Positions 10,095 to 19,826 of a stretch of DNA of 64,000 bases are shown one piece after another. A model generated the notes under the pieces. The model was not told the origin of the DNA. It saw only the letters and a list, made by a program, of their open reading frames with translations, and did no database searches. This stretch comes from Alphaproteobacteria bacterium. GTDB taxonomy: Bacteria; Pseudomonadota; Alphaproteobacteria; Puniceispirillales; Puniceispirillaceae. The translations under genes were made by a program, and so were the position numbers. Positions within the stretch are counted from its first letter, which is position 1. Each line of letters opens with the position of its first letter. The stretch lies in assembly GCA_038147755.1 (NCBI GenBank), contig JAYQTS010000010.1, forward strand, positions 6,848 to 70,847. Direction: 5' to 3'.

Positions 10095-10780
10095 TTAGGA
10101 ATATTTATCACTGTTTGTATCTGACCACCCAACAGGGTCATTCAAAAATGCGTCAACTGTTAGAATTGTTTTTTCATCAAATCTATCAGAAGATTTCAAT
10201 TCTTCTAAAATATCCCACCAAGTTGCTAAATAATGAAGATTAAGCCCATGTTCCGTTAGTTTTTTTTGGGCATCAGCAAATAAATCATAATAAAAAACCA
10301 CTAAAACATGGTCACATTTTGCCCCTGCATCACGCAAGGCGTCTACAAACATAAACTTACTACCTCCATCAGTCGCTAGGTCCTCTACCAATAAAACTTT
10401 TGAGCTGGGTTCAAGGTGACCTTCAATTTGCGCATTCCTTCCAAACCCTTTTGCTTTTTTGCGAACATACTGCATTGGTAGAGCCAGCCGTTCACTTAAA
10501 AAGGCTGCAAATGGAATGCCGGCTGTCTCACCTCCTGCCACAGCATCAAAATATTCTATACCAACGGACTCAGCTAACAAAGAAACAGAATAGCTCATTA
10601 AAGCGGCTCTTATTCTTGGAAGGATATTAATTTTCTGCAATCAATATAAACAGGGCTAATTGAACCAGAGGTAAGGACAAAAGGCTTAACTGCATTAACA
10701 TGAACCGCCCCAATATCTAACAACATTTTTGCTGTAGACTGGGCAATTACTTTTTTTGGCGTGTGGTTATAGTTAATCAT
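10095..10780 (-). CDS. pyrE: Orotate phosphoribosyltransferase, interrupted by a 1-nt frameshift near 10616-10625
   Basis: From ATG 10780: MINYNHTPKKVIAQSTAKMLLDIGAVHVNAVKPFVLTSGSISPVYIDCRKLISFQE*. The next frame continues PRIRAALM...GGETAGIPFAA...VLLVEDLATDGGS. One extra C would join them. Confidence 0.85.
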
Positions 10781-10886
10781 TAAATTTATAAGCTTTTTTT
10801 AATTGTAGCAGGTCTACCCTAATTCATTAGAATTTAAAAGATTTAATGATTATTTTTTCTAAAACTATTTTTCAATTGTGTTAAAC

Positions 10887-11693
10887 TTATTTTTTATCTT
10901 CTCGCTTTAAAATTAGAATACTGCCAAATAAAACCAGCATAGAAATCGTAAGTATCATCAACGTTGCGATAGCATTTATCTCCGGTGATACTCCAAGACG
11001 AATTTTTGAAAAAATTACTATAGGAAGTGTTGAGCTACCGGGGCCACTTACAAAACTAGCGATCACTAAATCATCAAAACTAAGTGTAAATGATAATAAC
11101 CACGCTGCGATAATTGAGGGAAGAATAAGTGGCAAAGTAATAGATAAGAAAACAAAAGGTTGCCTTCCACCTAAATCTCTTGCTGCTTCCTCAAGATATT
11201 TATCCATATCACGAAGTCTTGTTTGGATTACAACTGCAGCAAAACACATCCCAAAAGTTGCATGGGCAATCATGATGGTGTCCACACCACGACCAGACGG
11301 CCAGCCAAAACTGGCCTCCATTGCAATGAATAATAATAACATTGATAAGCCAGTTACTGCCTCTGGCATTACTAGAGGCGCGCTCGCTACAAGGCTTAAA
11401 ATTAATCTACCCTTGAAAACTGAGAACCTTACAAAGGCAATTGCAATCAATAATCCGAATACCGTTGAAATTGTTGCCGAGCTTATACCAATAAGGAGTG
11501 ACTTATATAAAGCTGTAAGCAAAATATCATCTGTCCAAAGTTCTTTATACCATTTAGTGGAAAAGCCTGCCCAAACTGCAACGAGCTTACTACTATTAAA
11601 GCTATAAATAATCATCATCATTACAGGAATATATAAAATACCAAATCCAGCGATACCCAATACTTTAGCTAATAATGGAACATCACGACGCAT
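10887..11693 (-). CDS. Polyamine ABC transporter permease (PotI/PotC-like)
   Basis: Polytopic permease. The likely start, MRRDVPLL at 11693, forms an ATGA overlap with the upstream permease stop. The longer ORF-track extension looks spurious. Confidence 0.8.
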   Translation of the reverse strand: MRRDVPLLAKVLGIAGFGILYIPVMMMIIYSFNSSKLVAVWAGFSTKWYKELWTDDILLTALYKSLLIGISSATISTVFGLLIAIAFVRFSVFKGRLILSLVASAPLVMPEAVTGLSMLLLFIAMEASFGWPSGRGVDTIMIAHATFGMCFAAVVIQTRLRDMDKYLEEAARDLGGRQPFVFLSITLPLILPSIIAAWLLSFTLSFDDLVIASFVSGPGSSTLPIVIFSKIRLGVSPEINAIATLMILTISMLVLFGSILILKREDKK

Positions 11694-12583
11694 CAGCTGA
11701 TACCTTCCCTGTCCTGATACCTTGCATAAACAATAGGCAGTACAATAATTGCAATTAATATTATTGCTATAGCTGCAGCGACAGGCCAATCCCTATTCCT
11801 GAAAAATTCGGTCCAAATTACTTTCCCAAGCATTAATTGCTCCGGTCCTCCAAGTAATGCTGGTATCACAAATTCTCCAACAGCGGGAATGAATACAAGC
11901 AGACTTCCTGCTATAATTCCGGGAATACTTAGTGGCAAGACTATTGTTCTGAATATATCCCATTTCTTTGCCCCAAGGTCTGCTGCTGCCTCAATTATAG
12001 AAACATCTAGCCGCACAAGAGAAGCGTACAGTGGTAAGATCATTAACGGTAAATAAGTAAGTATCATGCCAGAATAAATAGAAAAGTCAGTTTGCATCAT
12101 TTGAATAGGAGTTACAGTAATGCCTGCCCATATTAAAACATCATTAATAAAACCATTTGGGTTTAGCAGGCCAATTAGTGCATACATTCTTAAAAGTGAA
12201 GAGGTCCAAAAGGGCATTAATACTAATATAAGTAAAATATGCTGAAGGGATTTATTTGACCGGGCTATCCACCAAGCCATTGGATAAGCGAATAAAAGGC
12301 AGTACAAAGTTGAAAAAAATGCTAGCCTTATACTATTAATTGCAGGCCACAAGTAATCTTCCCAATATTCGTAAATTAAAAGATAGTTGTCCAGAACTGG
12401 GCTAAAAGAAATACCACCAGAACCAATTTGAAACGCAGGATTATAAGGCGGCACTGCTCGCCTTGCCTCTGAAAAGGAGACATTAATCATTTCTACTAAT
12501 GGGAGCATGAAGAATAATAAAAGCCATCCCAACGGTAACCAAATAACCAGAATTCGTCCAAATTTTTGAAAAAAATAGTTCAT
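11693..12583 (-). CDS. Polyamine ABC transporter permease (PotH/PotB-like)
   Basis: 296 aa polytopic permease with an EAAxDLGA-type loop (IEAAADLGAKKW). Confidence 0.8.
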   Translation of the reverse strand: MNYFFQKFGRILVIWLPLGWLLLFFMLPLVEMINVSFSEARRAVPPYNPAFQIGSGGISFSPVLDNYLLIYEYWEDYLWPAINSIRLAFFSTLYCLLFAYPMAWWIARSNKSLQHILLILVLMPFWTSSLLRMYALIGLLNPNGFINDVLIWAGITVTPIQMMQTDFSIYSGMILTYLPLMILPLYASLVRLDVSIIEAAADLGAKKWDIFRTIVLPLSIPGIIAGSLLVFIPAVGEFVIPALLGGPEQLMLGKVIWTEFFRNRDWPVAAAIAIILIAIIVLPIVYARYQDREGIS

Positions 12584-12587
12584 TTAT

Positions 12588-13691
12588 TTATCTTTCAAGA
12601 ATAATGATTGAATCTGGTGAGAAATTAATAAAGCCTGTTTCGGGTTGTCGAGCATCCGATTTGCTTGGAAGATTATGCGACTCATATAGCTTTAAATTTA
12701 TACCTCCTGGTCCAACAACTCTATATTGAGTTCCTGCCCCATAAAATGCCCAATCTATAATTTCGACTGGAAATTCGTTGATTTTTCCTGTTGGTTTTGA
12801 GGTAAGTGAAATTTTTTCTGGTCTAAGAGCAAGATTGACTTTTTGATTTATTCTAAATTTTGTTCTGTTTGATACATGGATCGGAACTGCACCTTGCATT
12901 AACCAATAAGGTCCTTTTTGCTCTTTTACTGTTGCTTCAATAAAACTGATTTCCCCTACAAAATCTGCTACAAATGTAGTTTGTGGTTGCTCATATATTT
13001 CATTAGGTGTTCCAAGTTGGACTAATTTTCCGTTGTTCATGACACCAATTCTTGTCGATAACGTCATTGCTTCTTCTTGGTCATGCGTTACCACAACAAA
13101 AGTCGTACCAAGCTGTTCTTGAATTTTACAAAGTTCAAATTGTGTTTCAGACCTTAGCTTTTTATCTAAAGCAGCGAGTGGTTCATCTAACAATAGTAAT
13201 TTAGGGCGTCTTGCAAGGGCCCTCGCTAGCGCAACACGCTGTCTTTGTCCACCAGAAAGAGTGGATGGTTTTCGTTCACCCATTCCATTGAGATGAACAA
13301 GCTCTAGTAATTCATTAACACGACTTTTTATCTCTTTGTTAGGTAGGGAAGCTCGTTTTAATCCATAACCAATATTATTTGAAACAGTCATATGTGGAAA
13401 AAGAGCATAATTTTGAAACATAATATTTACAGGCCTATCCGCTGGGTCGACGTGTGCCATATCTTGACCATCTATCTCAACAGAACCTTCAGTAGTTATC
13501 TCAAAACCAGCTAATATTCTTAGTAATGTAGTCTTGCCGCAACCAGAAGGACCCAGCAGACTGAACAGTTCTCCCTTTTCTAAATCAAATGATACATTAT
13601 CTACCGCTAATAATTTACCATATTTTTTTGAGATATTCTGAATTCTAATAAAAGGGGCCATGTGACAATGCCGTTCTTCATGTATTGTCAA
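12588..13691 (-). CDS. Polyamine ABC transporter ATP-binding protein (PotG/PotA-like)
   Basis: 367 aa. Walker A GPSGCGKTT, LSGGQRQRVALARAL and LLLDEPL, plus a C-terminal TOBE-like domain. The start may be the internal MAPFIRI. Confidence 0.85.
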   Translation of the reverse strand: MTIHEERHCHMAPFIRIQNISKKYGKLLAVDNVSFDLEKGELFSLLGPSGCGKTTLLRILAGFEITTEGSVEIDGQDMAHVDPADRPVNIMFQNYALFPHMTVSNNIGYGLKRASLPNKEIKSRVNELLELVHLNGMGERKPSTLSGGQRQRVALARALARRPKLLLLDEPLAALDKKLRSETQFELCKIQEQLGTTFVVVTHDQEEAMTLSTRIGVMNNGKLVQLGTPNEIYEQPQTTFVADFVGEISFIEATVKEQKGPYWLMQGAVPIHVSNRTKFRINQKVNLALRPEKISLTSKPTGKINEFPVEIIDWAFYGAGTQYRVVGPGGINLKLYESHNLPSKSDARQPETGFINFSPDSIIILER

Positions 13692-13766
13692 AAAATGAAA
13701 GCCACTTTCTCCGTTTATTGAAGGTGGCTTTCATTGCTAATTACTTATTCAATATTCTGCTGAATT

Positions 13767-14855
13767 CTAATTGCCAGCTGAAAATCTATTCCAGACACGA
13801 GTAACGATTCTGTCGGTTTGTGCATCATAGACAGGAGTTACAAAAAGCTTTTCCTTTGCTTTTTCTGTAGGATAAATTCCTGGATGGGATAGAATTTCTG
13901 GATCAATGTCTGGCATAGCTGCCTTATTGCCGCTTGCATACCAAACATAATTCACATTCGATGCTGCCACGTCAGCACGCATCATGTAGTCTACAAATTT
14001 ATAGGCGTTATCAACATTTTTCGCATCAGCGGGAATTGCCATCACATCAAACCAAAGATTTGTGCCCTCATTTGGAATATAATAATCAATCACATGCCCG
14101 TTTTCTGCTTCCTCGGCTCTGTAAGCTGCTTGAAATGCATCTCCAGACCACATGATTGCTGCACAGATATCCCCATTTGCAATGTCATTTATTGACTGAC
14201 TAGAATTAATGTATCTTAAATAAGGCCTGATAGCAGAAAGTGCATCACCAGCGGCTTCAAAATGGGATTTATCCATCGACGTCCCAGGGTATCCAAGGTA
14301 TGTCATTACATTCGGCAAAACATCTGTTGGTGCATCTAAAATGGCTATACCGCAGTCCTCCAATTTTGCTGCATTTGCTGGATCCAAAATGAGCGACCAG
14401 CTGTCCGTGGGAGCATCATCACCAAGTCTCTCAGCAACCATATCTTCATTATAGGCAATTCCAGTTGATCCCCACATATAGACTAAACCCGCTGAATTTG
14501 ATCCAACCATTCTGTCTGCTTGAGCTTGAATCTCAGAATCCTGGTTAGAGGCATTGGGAATTCTTGACAAATCCATATCCTGATAGGCGCCCGCTTCTCT
14601 ACCACGAGCCAGAAAATCTGCAGTGGGTACAACAAGATCATAACCTGACGAACCCGCTAACATCTTGGCTTCTAAGACCTCATTGGAATCATACATATCA
14701 TAAGTGACTTTAATTCCAGTTTCGGCTTCAAAATTAGCGATTGTGTCTTCAGCTATATAATCAGACCAATTATAAACATTTAAACTGCCCTCAGCGAGAG
14801 CATTGCCATTTATTGCCATCAAACCGGAAAAGGCAATTAAAATTCCAAACCTCAT
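13767..14855 (-). CDS. Spermidine/putrescine-binding periplasmic protein (PotF/PotD-like)
   Basis: 362 aa with a signal peptide. LNVYNWSDYI is the signature start of PotD/PotF binding proteins. Confidence 0.85.
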   Translation of the reverse strand: MRFGILIAFSGLMAINGNALAEGSLNVYNWSDYIAEDTIANFEAETGIKVTYDMYDSNEVLEAKMLAGSSGYDLVVPTADFLARGREAGAYQDMDLSRIPNASNQDSEIQAQADRMVGSNSAGLVYMWGSTGIAYNEDMVAERLGDDAPTDSWSLILDPANAAKLEDCGIAILDAPTDVLPNVMTYLGYPGTSMDKSHFEAAGDALSAIRPYLRYINSSQSINDIANGDICAAIMWSGDAFQAAYRAEEAENGHVIDYYIPNEGTNLWFDVMAIPADAKNVDNAYKFVDYMMRADVAASNVNYVWYASGNKAAMPDIDPEILSHPGIYPTEKAKEKLFVTPVYDAQTDRIVTRVWNRFSAGN

Positions 14856-14941
14856 CTTATTCTCCTCTAAACTCTAACAAAAAAATAATCATTATTAATT
14901 ATAAACATTTTAAAACAAGCCAACAAGAAGAAATGAACTAA

Positions 14942-15994
14942 CTAATTTTTGATGTGCCAATAAATGGGCATCAAGGGATCAAATAACGTAATATCTCCTT
15001 CACTTGTTTGTAATTTTTTTGGTATTTCAAGTTTTTTATCTGATTTAGACAAAATGATATTTTCCTTATTATGCGGTAATCCGTAAAACTCAGCTCCGCT
15101 TACACTTACAAAACTCTCTAAGTTTTTTAATTTATGTTCATTGTCGAATAGTTGGGCTAATATCTCTATCGCAAATGACGCATTAAAAACGCCAGCACAA
15201 CCGCAATCATGTATTTTTGAAGAATCTAAATGTGGAGCACTATCAGTACCAAGAAAAAATCGTTTATCACCCTTTGTTGCTGCTCTTATTAGCGCCAATC
15301 GGTGAGCCTCCTTCTTTAAAACAGGCAAACAATAATAATGGGGTTTAATACCCCCAGAAAGCATAACGTTTCGGTTTACAACTAAATGATGAGGGGTGAT
15401 TGTTGCAGCTAAATTTTTTTCTTCATTAAGAACATAGGAAACTGCTTGCTCAGTTGTAATATGCTCCATTACTATCTTCAGATCTGGAAACTCATTTCGT
15501 AAAGGCGCTAAAATTTTTTCAATAAAAACTGCCTCTCGGTCGAATATGTCTATCTGCGGATCAGTAACCTCACCATGAATTAGTAAGGGTATACCCTGCT
15601 CCGACATAGCCCCTAGAACTGGATATACCCCGTTAATATTTCTAACACCATTAGACGAATTTGTCGTCGCACCTGCAGGGTACAATTTAACAGCTTTTAT
15701 AATTTTTTTCCTATAGGCTGAGACAACATCGTCTGCTTCCGTTTCTTCAGTTAAATAGAGGGTCAGCAATGGCTCAAAATTTATATCTTTATCTATACAG
15801 GCCTTTATTCTATTCGCATATAAACGAGCATCTTCGCCTGTTGTTATAGGAGGGACAAGATTTGGCATTATTATAGCTCTTGAGGCCCAGCGATAACTTT
15901 CAGGCAGTACGGCCTTCATTATCTCCTTGTCCCTAACATGTAAATGCCAATCATCAGGTTTTATAATAACAAGCTGGTTTGGGGATATTTTCAT
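14942..15994 (-). CDS. pyrC: Dihydroorotase (homodimeric class II)
   Basis: 350 aa. PDDWHLHVRD, AVKLYPAGATTNS, HGEV, TPHHL and FLGTDSAPH align colinearly with E. coli PyrC. Confidence 0.9.
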   Translation of the reverse strand: MKISPNQLVIIKPDDWHLHVRDKEIMKAVLPESYRWASRAIIMPNLVPPITTGEDARLYANRIKACIDKDINFEPLLTLYLTEETEADDVVSAYRKKIIKAVKLYPAGATTNSSNGVRNINGVYPVLGAMSEQGIPLLIHGEVTDPQIDIFDREAVFIEKILAPLRNEFPDLKIVMEHITTEQAVSYVLNEEKNLAATITPHHLVVNRNVMLSGGIKPHYYCLPVLKKEAHRLALIRAATKGDKRFFLGTDSAPHLDSSKIHDCGCAGVFNASFAIEILAQLFDNEHKLKNLESFVSVSGAEFYGLPHNKENIILSKSDKKLEIPKKLQTSEGDITLFDPLMPIYWHIKN

Positions 15995-16043
15995 GAGACA
16001 ATCATTGCTTTTTTCTATCTTCTAAAAAAATCCAGAACAACAT

Positions 16044-16346
16044 TTATGTATCAGAACCAATAATCAATTCGCCTACCATGTTTGCTGTATAACATGCAAG
16101 AGTCCATCCTAAATGTCCATGACCGGTGTTATAGAAAACATTTGGTTCTTTTCCTTGCGAGACAAGGGGCATCATATTTGGCCTCATTGGTCTCAATCCT
16201 GCCCAAGGCTGAGCATCTTTAGTTGAGACTTCAGGAAAATTTGATTCCACCCAGTTTTTTAGAGGTTGAATACGAGCTTCCAAAATATCCAAATTATGCC
16301 CTGCTATTTCCGCAGTACCAGCAACCCTAAATCTATTCTTCCCCAA
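16044..16346 (-). CDS. DadA-family FAD-dependent amino-acid oxidoreductase, C-terminal part (frameshifted gene)
   Basis: RVAGTAEIAG, GLRPMRPNMMP and NTGHGHLGWTLA match the DadA C-terminus. The frame is open upstream to about 16402 (KGSNVSLLDDEAKIVTSRL). Confidence 0.8.
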   Translation of the reverse strand: MGKNRFRVAGTAEIAGHNLDILEARIQPLKNWVESNFPEVSTKDAQPWAGLRPMRPNMMPLVSQGKEPNVFYNTGHGHLGWTLACYTANMVGELIIGSDT

Positions 16347-16384
16347 CCTTGAGGTAACTATTTTTGCTTCATCATCAAGTAAAC

Positions 16385-17266
16385 TTACATTAGAGCCTTT
16401 TTCTGAGAAATTAAGTCAGGTAATGGGACTGTAATCGAATAACCTTTAACTGGGTAAATATTTACCCTATCCCCAAGCATTTTTGCAAACTTGTGACTAG
16501 CAACACCTGCACAAATAACACACATATCGAAAGTTTCTATTTGGTCTTGAAGATCCTTACAATTAAATTTTATTTTTACTTCTGAACCCAATACTTTGAT
16601 TGATTTTACATCTGCACTTTGTTGGAAATTGACACCACGATCCATTGCAACTCTCGCTAAATTAGATGTGAATTTATGGATATCGCCTGTGGAGTCTGTT
16701 TTGGTATAGTATCCACCTACAAATTTTTTTTCTAAATTAGGCTCTATCGTTAAAATTTCATTCTCTGTCAATCTGCGGCGCTCTAAGCCTCCTAATGCTA
16801 AAAGTTCATTTACTCTATGAGCATGCTCAAATTCTCGGTGACTTTTATAAATGTGTAAAATACCACAATTTGATTTATCAAACTCTATTCCAGCATCATC
16901 AACAATTTTCTGCATATATTTGCGAGACTCAATTGCCATCTTTACAGTCTGTATAGTATTTTTTTTATAGTTTTTGGTTTGAAGCAAAAATTCGGCTAGC
17001 CAACTTACTTTATGCCAATTAGGCCAAAAATTTATTTTAAGTGGAGCATCTTTTTTTAATAACCAAGTTACCGCTTTTAGAATGGTCCCAAAGTGATTCC
17101 AAACTTCTGCATTACTAGCTGAAAGTTGCCCCCCATTAGCATAAGAAGTCACAATAGAGGGGTATCTCTGTTTTTCAAAAACAGTCACGTTATATCCAAG
17201 TTCACGCAACACAAATGCTGTGGTTACCCCAGTAACACCAGCTCCAATAACTGCAATTGTTTTCAT
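16385..17266 (-). CDS. DadA-family FAD-dependent amino-acid oxidoreductase, N-terminal part (frameshifted gene)
   Basis: MKTIAVIGAGVTGVTTAF dinucleotide fold, SYANGGQLS and YPVKGYSITVP. GGAG lies 8 nt before the ATG at 17266. The break is at T-run 16398-16402. Confidence 0.8.
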   Translation of the reverse strand: MKTIAVIGAGVTGVTTAFVLRELGYNVTVFEKQRYPSIVTSYANGGQLSASNAEVWNHFGTILKAVTWLLKKDAPLKINFWPNWHKVSWLAEFLLQTKNYKKNTIQTVKMAIESRKYMQKIVDDAGIEFDKSNCGILHIYKSHREFEHAHRVNELLALGGLERRRLTENEILTIEPNLEKKFVGGYYTKTDSTGDIHKFTSNLARVAMDRGVNFQQSADVKSIKVLGSEVKIKFNCKDLQDQIETFDMCVICAGVASHKFAKMLGDRVNIYPVKGYSITVPLPDLISQKKALM

Positions 17267-17317
17267 TTCTAAAGACTCCAAGATGTACAAATGCCATCAA
17301 TTGACATTCAAAATACA

Positions 17318-17525
17318 CCTCGCCTGTCTCTGTACCTGAGAGTTTCCCATGAGAAAATTTCTTTTCTACATAGTATCCCCGTCGGTGGACTTTTTTCGGC
17401 CACTTTCCAGACTGTTCACACTGATTGACCCTTTTGCCTGAGAGATTATGAGGCTTGTGCTCCTTCGGCGCTGTATATAAATCCTAAAAGCTTAGGTTTA
17501 CTAACAGACTCTCCCAATCAGCGTT
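17318..17525 (-). promoter_or_regulatory. Tandem glycine riboswitch (two aptamers) in the leader of the DadA-like gene
   Basis: The reverse strand reads TGATTGGGAGAG...CGCCGAAGGAGCA...CTCTCAGGCAAAAGGGTCAATCA, then CTGGAAAG...CACCGACGGGGA...CTCTCAGGTACAGAGACAG. These are two consecutive glycine aptamer cores with closing P1 helices. Confidence 0.85.
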
Positions 17526-17624
17526 TCGAACGTTATTATTGTATCATAGGACTGATTTATATTCAATTACCTTTAATTTCAGATGAAAAATATAAAAGTC
17601 TATCAATAGAATAAGGGTTTATAC

Positions 17625-17653
17625 TTTACAGGATAAAACTTTAACATTATAAC
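17625..17653 (+). promoter_or_regulatory. Candidate sigma70-type promoter for hppA
   Basis: TTTACA, a 17-nt spacer, then TATAAC, about 75 nt upstream of the hppA ATG. Motif match only. Confidence 0.3.
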
Positions 17654-17728
17654 CTAGCACGCTCGGCCAAACTGCTTTAAGGCTGTGTAAATTTTCTTTA
17701 AAATCACTTTATAAGAGGTAATTTAATC

Positions 17729-19735
17729 ATGACCAGCGCGTTTATTCCTGTTGCTCTTGGGGCGTTTGGCTTATTAGTCGCTTTTTTTGTTTATCAGTGG
17801 ATCAAAAAATCACCCGTTGGCAGTGGGCCAGAAAAAGATATAGCTGATGAAATACACCTTGGCGCCATGGTATTTATGGCAAGCGAGTATAAGCGACTTG
17901 CAGTCTTTTGTTTAATTTGTATTGTTGCACTATATGCTAGCTTGGGGGAAGGTACCGCTATAGCATTTGCGCTAGGAGCACTGTGTTCGGGAACAGCTGG
18001 TTACATCGGCATGTACACTGCTACGAAAGCAAATGTTAGAACTGCTGTTGCTGCTAAAACCAAAGGAGCTTCTGAAGCATTAAATGTTGCATTTTTTGGA
18101 GGCTCGATCATGGGTCTCACCGTTGCATCCATGGGTTTGTTAGGAATTGGCGTTCTATACGGATTTATGGGAGGTAGCTTACACGGCATTGAATCTATTG
18201 AAGGTTTCGCAATGGGAGGTTCTTCTGTAGCTCTATTTAGTCGTGTTGGTGGAGGTATATTCACTAAATCAGCAGATGTTGGAGCAGACTTGGTGGGCAA
18301 AGTTGAGGCCGGAATACCAGAGGATGACCCTCGTAATCCAGCCGTCATTGCTGATAACGTTGGTGATAACGTTGGTGATGTTGCAGGCATGGGGTCTGAT
18401 ATTTTTGAATCATACTGTGGTGCCATGATTGCATCTATGGCGCTAGCTGCATCAATGTCCATGGCTTCTTTGGAAGGTTTAGGAGGGGACAGAGCAGTAT
18501 TGCAATTTATGCCTCTCGCTCTTGCATCTACTGGTCTTGTGTGTTCACTGCTTGGTATTTTATCAGTTCGTTTGTTCTCTAACAAAAGCGCTGATGTTGC
18601 TTTACGATTTGGTACTATTGGTTCAGCAGTAGTTTTCATTGCTGCGGCTTATTTTGTTATAACCAGCATGGGCGCATCCGTTGGCGTCTGGAATGCTGTG
18701 CTGGTCGGAGCAATTGGTGGTATTATCGTTGGTTTAGTAACTGAATATTACACTGGTGGAGCACCTGTAAGAAAAATTGCTAAAGACGGTGAAACTGGTC
18801 CTGCAACTGTTATGATTTCAGGACTGGCGATAGGGATGCAATCTGTGGCTATTCCTGTTCTAACGATCGCAGCAATTATATTCTTCGCAAATCTTTCAGC
18901 TGGACTTTATGGTGTTGGAATGGCTGCTGTCGGAATGTTGGCCACTGTTGGAATAACCATGGCAATCGATGCCTATGGTCCTGTAGCAGATAATGCTGGT
19001 GGGATAGCCGAGATGGCTGAGATGGGCTCAGAAACACGTGAGATAACTGACTCACTTGATGAGGTTGGTAATAGCACTGCTGCTATTGGAAAAGGGTTTG
19101 CAATTAGTGCTGCTGCTCTAGCTGCACTAGCTTTGATAAGTGCTTACATTGTAAAAGTTAGTAACGGAGACCCCGATTTTGTTCTTGCAATTAATGACCC
19201 AATAGTTCTAGTTGGCATGTTTATAGGAGGTATTTTCCCTTTTATTGTTAGCTCTATCACAATGACTGCTGTTGGTGACGCCGCCTTCGAAATGATTATT
19301 GAAGTTCGTCGTCAATTCAAAGAAATCCCTGGCCTTATGGAAGGAAAAGCAAAACCAGATACAGCAAGATGTGTTGATATCGCTACACGTGCTGCATTAC
19401 GTCGAATGATCCTCCCGGGTTCACTTGCTGTGCTTGCACCGGTTATTATTGGTTTTGGCCTTGGGCCAAAAGCTCTTGGTGGCACATTAGGAGGAGCATT
19501 GATATGCTGTGTAATGATGGCACTGATGATGGCAAATGCTGGTGGAGCATGGGATAATGCAAAAAAACACGTAGAGAAGGGAAATTTTGGCGGCAAAGGC
19601 TCTGATGTGCATAAGGCAGCCGTAGTTGGAGATACTGTTGGAGACCCTCTTAAAGATACCTCTGGTCCTTCCATGAACATTTTAATCAATGTTATGGCCA
19701 TTGTTAGTTTGGTAATTGCTCCACTTCTTATTTGA
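17729..19735 (+). CDS. hppA: Membrane-bound H+-translocating inorganic pyrophosphatase
   Basis: 668 aa polytopic protein. [43 protein letters not shown] and DNAKK motifs. [10 protein letters not shown] has Ala rather than Lys, as in the K+-dependent subfamily. Confidence 0.95.
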   Translation: MTSAFIPVALGAFGLLVAFFVYQWIKKSPVGSGPEKDIADEIHLGAMVFMASEYKRLAVFCLICIVALYASLGEGTAIAFALGALCSGTAGYIGMYTATKANVRTAVAAKTKGASEALNVAFFGGSIMGLTVASMGLLGIGVLYGFMGGSLHGIESIEGFAMGGSSVALFSRVGGGIFTKSADVGADLVGKVEAGIPEDDPRNPAVIADNVGDNVGDVAGMGSDIFESYCGAMIASMALAASMSMASLEGLGGDRAVLQFMPLALASTGLVCSLLGILSVRLFSNKSADVALRFGTIGSAVVFIAAAYFVITSMGASVGVWNAVLVGAIGGIIVGLVTEYYTGGAPVRKIAKDGETGPATVMISGLAIGMQSVAIPVLTIAAIIFFANLSAGLYGVGMAAVGMLATVGITMAIDAYGPVADNAGGIAEMAEMGSETREITDSLDEVGNSTAAIGKGFAISAAALAALALISAYIVKVSNGDPDFVLAINDPIVLVGMFIGGIFPFIVSSITMTAVGDAAFEMIIEVRRQFKEIPGLMEGKAKPDTARCVDIATRAALRRMILPGSLAVLAPVIIGFGLGPKALGGTLGGALICCVMMALMMANAGGAWDNAKKHVEKGNFGGKGSDVHKAAVVGDTVGDPLKDTSGPSMNILINVMAIVSLVIAPLLI

Positions 19736-19772
19736 TGAATATGTTGCATTTCTGAAATACTTTATTATTTTC

Positions 19773-19805
19773 AAAAAAGGTCGGCTTACAGTCGGCCTTT
19801 TTTTA
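19773..19805 (+). terminator. Rho-independent terminator after hppA
   Basis: AAAAAA GGTCGGC ttaca GTCGGCC TTTTTTT. The 7-bp stem includes two G-U pairs and is followed by a T-run. An A-run on the other side makes it potentially bidirectional. Confidence 0.55.
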
Positions 19806-19826
19806 ACCTCTACATAAAATTAAAAA

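Noticed and set aside
11694-11789. N-terminal ORF-track extensions: 10887..11789 (MACRCSYSNN...), 61452..61520 ahead of fabB, 50456..50539 ahead of dnaN and 17267..17290 ahead of the DadA-like gene.
   Set aside because: The extensions overlap the preceding gene or leader and lack similarity to the families. In each case an internal ATG with a better ribosome-binding context (or an ATGA/TAATG coupling) matches the family N-terminus.
18001-18639. Long antisense ORFs in the track. Examples: 18001..18639 and 19312..19749 opposite hppA, 21036..21425 opposite the glutathione peroxidase gene, 3173..3451, 5321..5599, 24663..24980 and 45782..46048.
   Set aside because: Each lies entirely inside, and opposite to, a gene with full-length family-level similarity. 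Their translations are low-complexity (Pro/Ser/Ala- or Ile/Phe-rich) with no recognisable motifs. They are typical shadow ORFs.
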